In this document: positions 19,785 through 30,149 of the stretch, one piece after another
How positions within the stretch are numbered: position 1 is the first letter of the stretch
Layout: each line of letters opens with the position of its first letter
NCBI GenBank assembly: GCA_965205505.1
Contig: CBDBHB010000008.1
Coordinates: 992,001-1,056,000, forward strand
From: Acidobacteriota bacterium
GTDB lineage: Bacteria; Acidobacteriota; UBA890; WLXD01
Direction: 5' to 3'
Length of the DNA: 64,000 bases
Notes under the pieces: generated by a model
Database searches by the model: none
What the model was told of the DNA's origin: nothing
The model's input: the letters and a program-made list of their open reading frames with translations, nothing else
Program-made: the position numbers and the translations under genes

Positions 19785-22095
19785 TCACGCTGGGCGCAGG
19801 TGCTCCAAGAAGTAGTCCTTCACCGCGTCACGCCAGTAGCGCGCGCTCGCTCCCGACAGACGGTGGCTCTGCTCCGGCAGGATGAGCAGGTCACTTCTTG
19901 CCCGCACGAGTAAAAGCCTCGATCATCCGCATGGTGTGGGCGAAGGGCGTGTTGACATCGCTGGTGCCGATCGTCAACAGCACCTTTCCCTGCAGATTCT
20001 CGGCAAGACGGAGGTTGGAGGCATAGTCCCAGGCCTCCCGGTTGTTCTGCGGCAGTCCGAGATACGGCTCGCTGGGCTCCGGCGATCCAGCCAGATCTAC
20101 CACCGGCGACGAGGAGACCCCGACATGAAAGACTTCCGGCGCCGTCAGCATTGCCCGCAGCGTGAAGTAGCCCCCCCAAGAGTAGCCATGTACCCCGACA
20201 CGCCCCATGTCGATGTAGGGCCGACGCTCCGCCAGTTGGCGTAACGCGGCGACATGATCGGGGATCTCATGACGCCCGATGTTCTGGTAGACGACGTCCT
20301 GAAAGTCCTTGCCTCGCAACGGTGTGCCGCGGGCATCGACGACGAAAGTGAGATAACCGAACTGCGCCATTGCCTGAGCGAAAACAGCTCGCCTGCTGCT
20401 CGTGAACGTGCGGGGCACGACGGCGCTCTGCGACCCGGCGTAGATGAAGTCGATGATCGGATAGCTGCGACCCGGATCAAAGTCGTAGGGCTTGTAGAGC
20501 AGCCCCCACAGGTCGGTCTCGCCGTCGGCTGCCTTGACGACGAACTCCTCAGGCGGTGTCCACTGCAACGCTTCGAGCGCCGATACGTCGGCGGTCGAGA
20601 GCACCTGCAGTAGCTCTCCATCGGCCTGCCTCAACTCCACCGCAGGGGGTCTGCCGACCGAGGAGTGTGTGTCGACAAAATGGGTCGCCGCCGGGGCAAA
20701 CGCGATCTGGTGCCGGCCAACACCCTCCGTCAGACGCCGCCAACCAGCGCCCTCGAAGTCGATTCGATAGAGGTGATCGTCATACGGCCGGTCACGTTCC
20801 GCCTACGCCATGAAGTAGATCCAGCCGGCGTCGTGGTCGACTGCCACCACTCTGTTGACCGGAAACTCGCCGTGGGTGAGGCGCCGTACGAGGGTGCCGT
20901 CGAGCCCATACAAGTAGAGGTGTGTCCAGCCGTCACGCTCCGACAACCAGAGAAAGCGCCCATCTTCGAGCAGCGTCAGAAAGTTGTCGGCGACACCGTA
21001 GAAGCGAAGCCCCTCGACGTAGGTTTCCTGCTCCTCCGTTACGACGACTCGACTTGTTCCCGTGCTCGGGTCGGCGGCCATCAGGTCCATCCGTTTCATC
21101 AGCCGATCCAGTCGAAGGAAGAAAACCTCTTTGCCGGTTGGCCCCCAGCCGATCAGATGGAATATCTGATCCGGATCATCGCCGACGTCGATCTCCACTT
21201 GTTGCGTCGAATAGATGTCCACGATGAACAATCGATTCTGTGGTTGGCTGGCACCGGCCAGCGGATACAGCTGCCACTCGACCTCCTCCTCGCCCGGCTT
21301 GAGCCAATGGACGATAGGCATTCGGTGCGCTCCACGAGAATCCACCCGACGCGTCAAGAGATTGCTACCGTCGGGCGACCACTTGGTATCCCAGGTGCTC
21401 CAACCGTCGAGCTCCTCCCCATCACTGGTGAGCTCGACCAGCCGCCCATCCTCGGTGGAACGCAGCCAGAGGTTGTCGTCCTGATCGCGGACAAACCAAC
21501 TTCCATCGGGTGAGCGCAGCTCGTAGAGGTCCGGTTCCGTGCTCGGGAACGCTCGTCGCACCAGCTGTGGCGTGAGGCGCTCTCGTTCGGCCCGCGAGTC
21601 GACCGGCAATGCCTCGATCTCGTAGGTGGCGAGCCGGATTTCGAACTCGCGGTCCTCAACCACGAACCTGGCCGCCCGCTCGTCGTCTAGGAACGTGAAG
21701 CTGTCGAAGGGCAAGCCCTCGTAGGGTGGCTCGTGCCCGAGCGGTAGCGTCAACGCCCGTCGCAAACGGTCGACGTCGAAGAGCGGCGCCTTCTGGTTGG
21801 CTACCGGGTCGACCTTGAAGATCATCGTCCTTTCCGGCATTCCCTCGGCGTACCAAAATCCGCTGCCATCGGCGAGCCAATGCGGTCGCGCCGAAGCGCC
21901 CTTCACGAGCGATGGAAACTCCAGGTAACGCTCGTACATCTCCTGCCGCGACCCAGGCTCGGGCGTCGACACCACCTGCGAGGTGGCCAGCTCGGTGTGC
22001 GTGGCATACAGCGTTTGCGATCCGAGCCCGGCCACGGCAACGAGCAACCCGATCACCAAAGGCCGATCACGAGCCTTCATCGATAGTTCCATCAT
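19785..22095 (-). pseudogene. S9 family dipeptidyl peptidase IV, disrupted
   Basis: DPP IV N-terminal propeller plus GYSWGG and SDVN; in-frame TAG at 20803-20805 with the reading frame continuing; frameshift near 19894 puts DLLILPEQSH (catalytic His)...LRPA* out of frame. Confidence 0.88.
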
Positions 22096-22318
22096 CCCTC
22101 CTGCGCCCGCTGCGGGCGATTCTCTGCGTGCCGCACAAGAACGCCAGGACACTAGCAGGTCGCGGTGGAAGAAGCGGTGTTCCGCCAAAGGCCTTTCTTC
22201 CTGCCTACACGGCATTGTTCGCCCTGGCACGGCGGCGTTCGACTGGGCGGCGGCAGAGCCACGGGTTGCGCCTCGGTGGCGAGCCGGTTGCCAGCCGGGC
22301 ACCGATGCCTTAGCATCC

Positions 22319-22342
22319 GGCCACCTCGACAAAGAGGTGGCC
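22319..22342. other. 9-bp stem hairpin in a divergent intergenic region
   Basis: ggccacctc-gacaaa-gaggtggcc perfect inverted repeat; function unknown. Confidence 0.4.
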
Positions 22343-22436
22343 TAAGCGGCCTCCCGGCGCTCGCCCTCCGCTGTGTACGACCCATCCGGGCCGTCAGACA
22401 GCCAGAGCCAGCCGTCGCTCTGAACGGAGGGATGAC

Positions 22437-24059
22437 GTGCAGCGACTTCGAATCGGCGTTCTGGATCTCGTAGCGCGAGCGCCCACCAAGGCCCTCTGGG
22501 CCCGGGTAATGAACGCCAACCTCGCGAGCGTCATGCCGCAGGTGATCGCGGTCTGGTGCGAGGATGCCGGCCACGACGTCAAGCTGGTCTGCTACACGGG
22601 GGCAGAGGACCTCCTCGAGGAGCTTCCCGAGGACATCGACCTGCTGTTCATCGGTGCGTTTTCACAGGCGGCGCAGCTTTCGTACGCGCTCAGCAACCTC
22701 TTCCGCAGCCGTGGCGTGGTGACGGTTCTCGGCGGCCCACACGCGCGCTGTTATCCGGATGACGCGCGCCGCTACTTCGACTACGTGGTCGGATTCACCG
22801 ATCGCGAGATCGTCGGCGAGATCCTCTCCGATTGTCAGCCGCACCGACCGCTGGGCGTGCACCTGGCGGCGAGGACACAACCGCAGGAGCTTCCGAGCGT
22901 TCGGCAGCGCTGGAAATACATCGAACCGACGCTGCGCCACGTGCCAACAAGCATCAAGATGGTGCCCATGCTCGGCAGCGTCGGGTGTCCCTACACCTGC
23001 AGCTTCTGCATCGACGCCGAGGTCGACTACCAGCCGCTCGACTACGAGCAGATCCGCGACGACTTGCGCTTTCTCGTCAAGGTAATGCCCAACCCCACCG
23101 TCGGCTGGCACGACCCGAACTTCGGCGTGCGTTTCGACGACTACTTGACCACCATCGAGGAAGCGGTGCCCCCGGGCAGCATCCGATTCGCCGCCGAGAG
23201 CAGCCTGTCGCTGCTCTCGGAGCCGAATGTGCGGCGCCTACGCAATGCCGGCTTCAAGGGCCTGTTGCCGGGCATCGAGTCTTGGTACGACCTCGGCGGC
23301 AAATCGCGTACCGGGCTCAAGTTCGGGGCCGACAAGGTCCGGCAGGTATCTGAGCACGTGAACATGATCTTCGACTACATCCCCTACATTCAGACCAACT
23401 TCGTGCTCGGCCTCGACTGTGACGAAGGGGCAGAGCCCTTCGATCTCACCAAGAGCTTCATCGATCGGACGCCGGCTACGTTTCCCGGCTATTCGCTCTT
23501 GTCTGCGTTCGGCGAAGCGGCGCCGCTGAACCTCGAGCTGCAGCGGGCCGGACGCGTGCTCCCGTTCCCCTTCCACTTCCTGAACAACAACCATGCGATG
23601 AACGTCAAGCCGAAGAACTACGGGTGGGGCGAGTTCTACGACCGTGTCATCGACTTGACCCGCTACACGTTCTCGCCGCGGCGGATCATGCGGCGTGCCC
23701 GGGCCTCACAACGCGGCTTCGCGACCTGGCTCAACGTGGTGCGCGCGATCTCGTCGGAGGGTTACGGCCGCATCCGCTACTACACGGAGCTACGGCGGCG
23801 ACTGCGGGAGGATAGGCCGCTGAGACGCTACTACGAGCGCGAGACCGACGAGCTCCCGGAGTTCTTCGTAAACCGTATCCGCAACGACCTGGGCCCGCTC
23901 TGGGAATACCTGCCCTCTGGGGCACTCGATCACGAGCCCAACGCCTACCTGCAGAAGACCAGCGGTACTGGGCTCGGCGCTAAGGCTGTAGCGCCGGCCT
24001 TGGCAAATTCGTTGATAGCTCCGCCCGGACAACCGCAAGCACCGGCAAGCAACCCCTAG
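22437..24059 (+). CDS. B12-binding domain radical SAM protein
   Basis: N-terminal cobalamin-binding-like domain (VLGGPHA), GCPYTCSFC CxxxCxxC motif, GIES. Confidence 0.85.
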   Translation: MQRLRIGVLDLVARAPTKALWARVMNANLASVMPQVIAVWCEDAGHDVKLVCYTGAEDLLEELPEDIDLLFIGAFSQAAQLSYALSNLFRSRGVVTVLGGPHARCYPDDARRYFDYVVGFTDREIVGEILSDCQPHRPLGVHLAARTQPQELPSVRQRWKYIEPTLRHVPTSIKMVPMLGSVGCPYTCSFCIDAEVDYQPLDYEQIRDDLRFLVKVMPNPTVGWHDPNFGVRFDDYLTTIEEAVPPGSIRFAAESSLSLLSEPNVRRLRNAGFKGLLPGIESWYDLGGKSRTGLKFGADKVRQVSEHVNMIFDYIPYIQTNFVLGLDCDEGAEPFDLTKSFIDRTPATFPGYSLLSAFGEAAPLNLELQRAGRVLPFPFHFLNNNHAMNVKPKNYGWGEFYDRVIDLTRYTFSPRRIMRRARASQRGFATWLNVVRAISSEGYGRIRYYTELRRRLREDRPLRRYYERETDELPEFFVNRIRNDLGPLWEYLPSGALDHEPNAYLQKTSGTGLGAKAVAPALANSLIAPPGQPQAPASNP

Positions 24060-24946
24060 CAGGGTGCCCGTAGCTCGGTGTCGAGCAGATCCTCCAACAG
24101 CTTCACCACATGCAGCTCGCCCTGCTCGCCGCCGTACTGGGATTTGGCACGGAGGAAGACCTGCTCGACCAACGTTCCAAGCTCCAGCGGCACATCCAAC
24201 TCACGGCCGAGGTCACTGATCAGGTGGAGGTCCTTACAGCACAGATTGAGGGTGAACGACGGGTCGTAGTCGCCTCGAAATAGCGCCGGAACGTCGTGTT
24301 CAGCCACCCAGCTGTTGCCGGCGCTCGACTTGATGATCTCCCATACCGTCGGTAATCCGATGCCAGCCTTGGCACCCAGCATCAACCCTTCGCCAATCGC
24401 CACCGCATTGATGAACCACAGCAGGTTGGTCAACAGCTTGGCCGCCAGCCCGGTACCCAGCGGGCCGGCATAGAAGATTTTCTCCCCCATTGCTTCAAAC
24501 ACCGGTAGCTGTCGCTCGAAAACCTCCCGTTCTCCGCCGACAAAGTAGACCGATCGACCAGCCTGGGCGCCATCCACCGCCCCGGTGACCGGGGCATCCA
24601 GAGTGTCCACTCCCCGCTCGGCGGCCAGAGCGGCCAGGCGCTTCAACAGCTTGGGCGAGTTGGTGCTCAGATCAATCCAGGTGCTGCCTGAGCGCGCGCC
24701 GGCCAGAACTCCTTCGTCGCCGAGCATCACCGCTTCGACCTGCGGCGGGCCGGGGAGCGAACAGAGAATCGTATCCGCGGATTGGGCCAGCTCGCGTGGA
24801 CTGTCGGCCCACTTCGCGCCGCCCGCCAGCAGATTATCAGCGGCTGACTGGCTTAGGTCATGCACCGTCAACGCGAAGCCGGCCCTGATCAAGTTGGCCG
24901 CCATGGGGTTGCCCATATTCCCCAGGCCAATGAACCCAATCGTCAT
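24056..24946 (-). CDS. 3-hydroxyisobutyrate dehydrogenase family NAD(P)-dependent oxidoreductase
   Basis: IGFIGLGNMGNPMA, LDAPVTG, AKLLTN, KDL. Confidence 0.92.
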   Translation of the reverse strand: MTIGFIGLGNMGNPMAANLIRAGFALTVHDLSQSAADNLLAGGAKWADSPRELAQSADTILCSLPGPPQVEAVMLGDEGVLAGARSGSTWIDLSTNSPKLLKRLAALAAERGVDTLDAPVTGAVDGAQAGRSVYFVGGEREVFERQLPVFEAMGEKIFYAGPLGTGLAAKLLTNLLWFINAVAIGEGLMLGAKAGIGLPTVWEIIKSSAGNSWVAEHDVPALFRGDYDPSFTLNLCCKDLHLISDLGRELDVPLELGTLVEQVFLRAKSQYGGEQGELHVVKLLEDLLDTELRAPC

Positions 24947-25089
24947 CGTCGTTTCTGTAACAGGAGCCAGGCGGCCAGGTCCGGGAAACGATAGGCGGAG
25001 TCCGACAGGAAGCCGGTCTGCAGTTGCGGCTGCGACACTGGGCCGACAGCGGCGAGCAGCAACACGCCTATCAAGACAGTCTGTGGCAT
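24943..25089 (-). CDS. 48-aa small ORF with signal-like N-terminus (small protein or gene remnant)
   Basis: MPQTVLIGVLLLAAVGPVSQ...QKRR*; its TGA overlaps the dehydrogenase ATG (ATGA). Confidence 0.4.
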   Translation of the reverse strand: MPQTVLIGVLLLAAVGPVSQPQLQTGFLSDSAYRFPDLAAWLLLQKRR

Positions 25090-25122
25090 GGGGTTCTTCC
25101 GTTGGTAGACCGCGGGGCGCTA

Positions 25123-25680
25123 CTACTTCGAGACCCCCTCGACGATTCTCTTCAGCGCCACCAATTCGCGGTCGAAGCGGGGCTTGTTGGCCTCGTACCC
25201 CTCACGCGTCATCACGGCGAGTTGTTCCGGCGTCAGCCGAGATCCCTCTTCCGCCGCTAGCACCGTCTCCGTGTAGACGTCGTAGGTCACCAGAGTGTGA
25301 TCATCGTGTCCGGCCAAAGTCCAGGTGGCGTACCCGATCAAGGCCCCATGGCCGGGCAGGGTGAGCTTGATGGTGCGTCGCTCGTTGGGGACGAGCTCGA
25401 CGTTCTTGACCAAATACTCGATGGTGTCCGGAGCCGTGGAGTCGAACGCAGCGAAGACCTCTCCGACGGCGCCCGGCTCTCCGGCGTGGTGGCGCAGGGG
25501 GAGCGCTTCTTTCCAGGCACTCGGATCGACGATGTGGGGCCAGACTTCGGATGCTGGACGATCGATGACGACCGAGCTGTGGGTGACCAGCTCGATGGCG
25601 ACGCGGGTGTCGCTCCCCTGCGTGGTGAAGACGGATATCGCTGCGACAGCGGTGGCTAGCGCCAGCACGCCGGTGCACAT
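25123..25680 (-). CDS. SRPBCC/polyketide cyclase family protein
   Basis: SVVIDRPASEVWPHIVD...ELVALKRIVE; GAGGAG RBS before ATG 25680. Confidence 0.8.
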   Translation of the reverse strand: MCTGVLALATAVAAISVFTTQGSDTRVAIELVTHSSVVIDRPASEVWPHIVDPSAWKEALPLRHHAGEPGAVGEVFAAFDSTAPDTIEYLVKNVELVPNERRTIKLTLPGHGALIGYATWTLAGHDDHTLVTYDVYTETVLAAEEGSRLTPEQLAVMTREGYEANKPRFDRELVALKRIVEGVSK

Positions 25681-25810
25681 GATTGGCGCAACTCCTCGTT
25701 GGCAGCTTGACTGTGGGGATGCCCCTCTGATCGCGGCGAGCATCCGAATGATGCTGAGCCGGAGACGGGCTACTGTCAACCTGAGTCAATGGATGGCCGC
25801 TCAGGCTCCC

Positions 25811-25897
25811 GCAAGCATCGAGGAGAGCGCCTCACGAGCGGCAGCCGACCTGCCGCCAACGACTTCCCGAAGGGAAGTCCTTGTCCTGTTCGATCGC
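25811..25897 (+). repeat. Degenerate copy of the RBS and 5' end of the dienelactone hydrolase gene (27996-28081)
   Basis: Shared blocks catcgaggag, ccgccaacgacttcccgaa (19 bp) and cctgttcgatcgc (13 bp); ATG has become ACG. Confidence 0.75.
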
Positions 25898-25954
25898 CTC
25901 AACACCGGCTGGCTGGCCTTCAGCGAGGCGCACGAGGCGCATGGCAGGAGTGCT

Positions 25955-27595
<1,641 letters not shown>

Positions 27596-27634
27596 ACGCG
27601 CAACCGAGGGCGACCCGGCAGCGAGGCGCCGAAC

Positions 27635-27659
27635 TTCACGTTCATCTTTGCTCCTCCGA
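27635..27659 (-). repeat. 25-bp exact repeat of the translation-start region of the 58148-59221 gene
   Basis: ttcacgttcatctttgctcctccga at 27635-27659 and 59211-59235 (minus strand: GGAGG...ATGAACGTGAA). Confidence 0.8.
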
Positions 27660-27769
27660 GGCGACGGGCGCTCCGCCACACTGTCCGTCCATGAGCTCTC
27701 CTGACGGCCGGATTGTAGGCAGGCGCGTCGCATACAGCCATCCTCACCGCTTCGATCCTCGCCCACCGG

Positions 27770-27794
27770 GCACCAGAGTTCTTCAGCACCTGCT
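27770..27794. repeat. Solo TIR remnant of the MITE family
   Basis: caccagagttcttcagcacctgct versus caccagagtttttcagcaccctgct in the 8168 element. Confidence 0.65.
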
Positions 27795-28018
27795 GCAGAC
27801 GGCCGGATGGAGCTTGCAAGAGCCGCGCTGCGGAAATTGGCAGGACGGCTGCCGCAGCACTCCGCCCTGTGGCAGGCTCACTGCGCCGGCCGGGGCCAGC
27901 CGCCTACCACCGAACGCCTCTCGTTTCGCTGGCACGATAGCCAGCTCGACTCGCCGTCCGTCCAAACAGACGCCAGCATGAATCACGCGCCCCACGCAAA
28001 CATCGAGGAGGCTCCCTG

Positions 28019-28909
28019 ATGAGCGCCCAACGACCGACCGCCAACGACTTCCCGAAAGAGATCCTTTCCCTGTTCGATCGCTACGTCCACGGCATGATCG
28101 ACCGGCGTGCCTTCCTCGAGGGGGCCGGCAAGTTCGCCGCCGGAAGCATGACGGCGATGGCCATGCTCGACAGTCTGAGCCCCCGCTACGCCCAGGCACA
28201 GCAGGTGGCGCCGACCGACGAGCGCATGCGCGCCGAGTACATCGAGTACTCGTCGCCTAACGGCGCCGGCACCATGCGTGGCTACATGGCACGACCGGCC
28301 GGGGAAGGTAGGAAGCCGGCAGTTCTGGTCGTTCACGAGAACCGCGGGCTAAACCCCTATGTCGAAGACGTCGTGCGCCGCTTCGCAGTGGCCGACTTCC
28401 TGGCGTTCGGCCCCGACGCCCTGTTCCCTCTCGGCGGCTACCCGGGCAACGACGACGACGGCCGTGCCCTACAGCGTCAGCGTGATCGCGACGAGATGAT
28501 GGAAGATTTCGTGGCTGCAGCAGAGCTCCTCATGGCCGACGAGGGCTCTACCGGCCGCGTCGGCGCCGTCGGCTTCTGCTTCGGCGGAGGAGTCGTCAAC
28601 TACCTGGCGACGCGCCTCCCGAACCTGGGGGCGGGGGTGCCGTTCTACGGCTCGCAGCCCGCTGCAGAGGATGTTCCCAAGATCGAGGCGCCGCTCATGA
28701 TCCAGTACGCCGGCCTGGACGAACGCGTCAACGCCGGCTGGCCGGCCTTCGAGGAAGCCTTGGACACTCATGGCAAGACGTACACGATGCACATGTACGA
28801 CGACGTCAACCACGGTTTCCATAACGACACCACGCCGCGGTTCGATCCGTCGGCGGCGAAGCTGGCTGAAGAACGCACGATCGCCTTCTTCAACGAACAC
28901 CTCAGGTAG
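28019..28909 (+). CDS. Dienelactone hydrolase family protein (YghX-like), Tat signal
   Basis: [32 protein letters not shown]. Confidence 0.92.
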   Translation: MSAQRPTANDFPKEILSLFDRYVHGMIDRRAFLEGAGKFAAGSMTAMAMLDSLSPRYAQAQQVAPTDERMRAEYIEYSSPNGAGTMRGYMARPAGEGRKPAVLVVHENRGLNPYVEDVVRRFAVADFLAFGPDALFPLGGYPGNDDDGRALQRQRDRDEMMEDFVAAAELLMADEGSTGRVGAVGFCFGGGVVNYLATRLPNLGAGVPFYGSQPAAEDVPKIEAPLMIQYAGLDERVNAGWPAFEEALDTHGKTYTMHMYDDVNHGFHNDTTPRFDPSAAKLAEERTIAFFNEHLR

Positions 28910-28918
28910 GACAAGACC

Positions 28919-29920
28919 GTGAACGCCGGCACCCGACCAGGTCGCTACGCTGAGCACGCCCGGCGCACCATCGGCCCGGTTGCCGTGGCGCTGCTCTTGG
29001 CCGTCGGCTGCGGCCCTGCCGAGCCTCCATCGACCTCCGATACCGGAACCTCGAATCTGCACGCCAACTTCGAGCCTCAGGATCGAGATTACAGAATCGT
29101 CTTCAGCTCCGAGCGTGACGGCAATTCTGAGATCTACCTCATGAACCAGGATGGCTCCGGGCTCACGAGGCTCACCGACAACCCTGCTAGCGACGCCCTT
29201 CCCTACTGCTCCCCCGATGGCTCCCGGATCGTCTTCTCATCAGACAGAGAAGAAAGGAAGCAGCTGTATCTGATGGACGTCGACGGCAGCGACGTAACGC
29301 GCCTCACTCACAACGACTACGACAACAACTCGCCCTCCTGGTCACCAAACGGCAGCAAGATTGCGTTCAGCTCGGGCGGCAACGCAACACCGTCGAACCT
29401 CTTCACGATCCAGCCCGACGGATCGAACGAGCTCCAGGTGACGAACATTGCCGGCTACAACTTTCTTTCCCCGACGTGGTCGCCAGACGGCACCAAGCTG
29501 GCGGCCGAGGGAGGGCAGCTGGGGGAAACCATCACGACCGAGTGGGGCGAGGCCGGAAGATTGCAAATCTGGACGTTCAACGCCGATGGTTCCGATCCCA
29601 CTCAGCTAACGCAGTTGGACGCCTACAATGGTTATCCGGCGTGGTCTCCAACCGGATCGAGCATCGTCTTCGACTCCACCTTGGAGGGCTGGGCCGACAT
29701 CCTGTCGGTGAGCTTGGCCGACCAGAGCGTTACCAACCTGAGCAGGGACCCGCGTTCGAACGAATTCGCCGCCTGGTCACCGGACGGTGCCAAGATCGCA
29801 TTCGTTGCCGACCGGGACGGCAACAACGAGATCTACGTGATGGATGCAGATGGTGGTAACCAGATCCGATTGACGAGCCACGAAGCGGCAGAATCGGGGC
29901 CCGCCTGGTGCTCGCCCTGA
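28919..29920 (+). CDS. TolB-like PD40-repeat lipoprotein
   Basis: LAVGC lipobox; repeated WSPDG / [12 protein letters not shown] units. Confidence 0.88.
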   Translation: MNAGTRPGRYAEHARRTIGPVAVALLLAVGCGPAEPPSTSDTGTSNLHANFEPQDRDYRIVFSSERDGNSEIYLMNQDGSGLTRLTDNPASDALPYCSPDGSRIVFSSDREERKQLYLMDVDGSDVTRLTHNDYDNNSPSWSPNGSKIAFSSGGNATPSNLFTIQPDGSNELQVTNIAGYNFLSPTWSPDGTKLAAEGGQLGETITTEWGEAGRLQIWTFNADGSDPTQLTQLDAYNGYPAWSPTGSSIVFDSTLEGWADILSVSLADQSVTNLSRDPRSNEFAAWSPDGAKIAFVADRDGNNEIYVMDADGGNQIRLTSHEAAESGPAWCSP

Positions 29921-30149
29921 AGCGCCGCGGAATGGGCTGCACGTAGTACGTTACCCGCCGGGTCGGGCGACTCGCCGCCGCTGGGTGGCGAGGCCGGCCA
30001 GAATCGCCGGACGCGGCGAGACAGAGCGCTTCCGTGGTCGATGTCACCAACAGTTGGATTCCTCCCGCCATGCCTCTATCCTGTTGTCGGCGCAAGGGTA
30101 TGCTATCTTGGGCAACATTCGACGTGCCTCGGGGCGGAGGACACCGATC

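Noticed and set aside
20803-20805. In-frame TAG in DPP IV as pyrrolysine or amber read-through
   Set aside because: It is not at a catalytic position, a second frameshift removes the catalytic His, there are no pyl genes in the window, and TAG is a normal stop in many genes here.
22100-22436. Cobalamin riboswitch upstream of the B12 radical SAM gene
   Set aside because: I could see only an isolated hairpin and no recognisable B12-box or conserved core. An Infernal search would be decisive.
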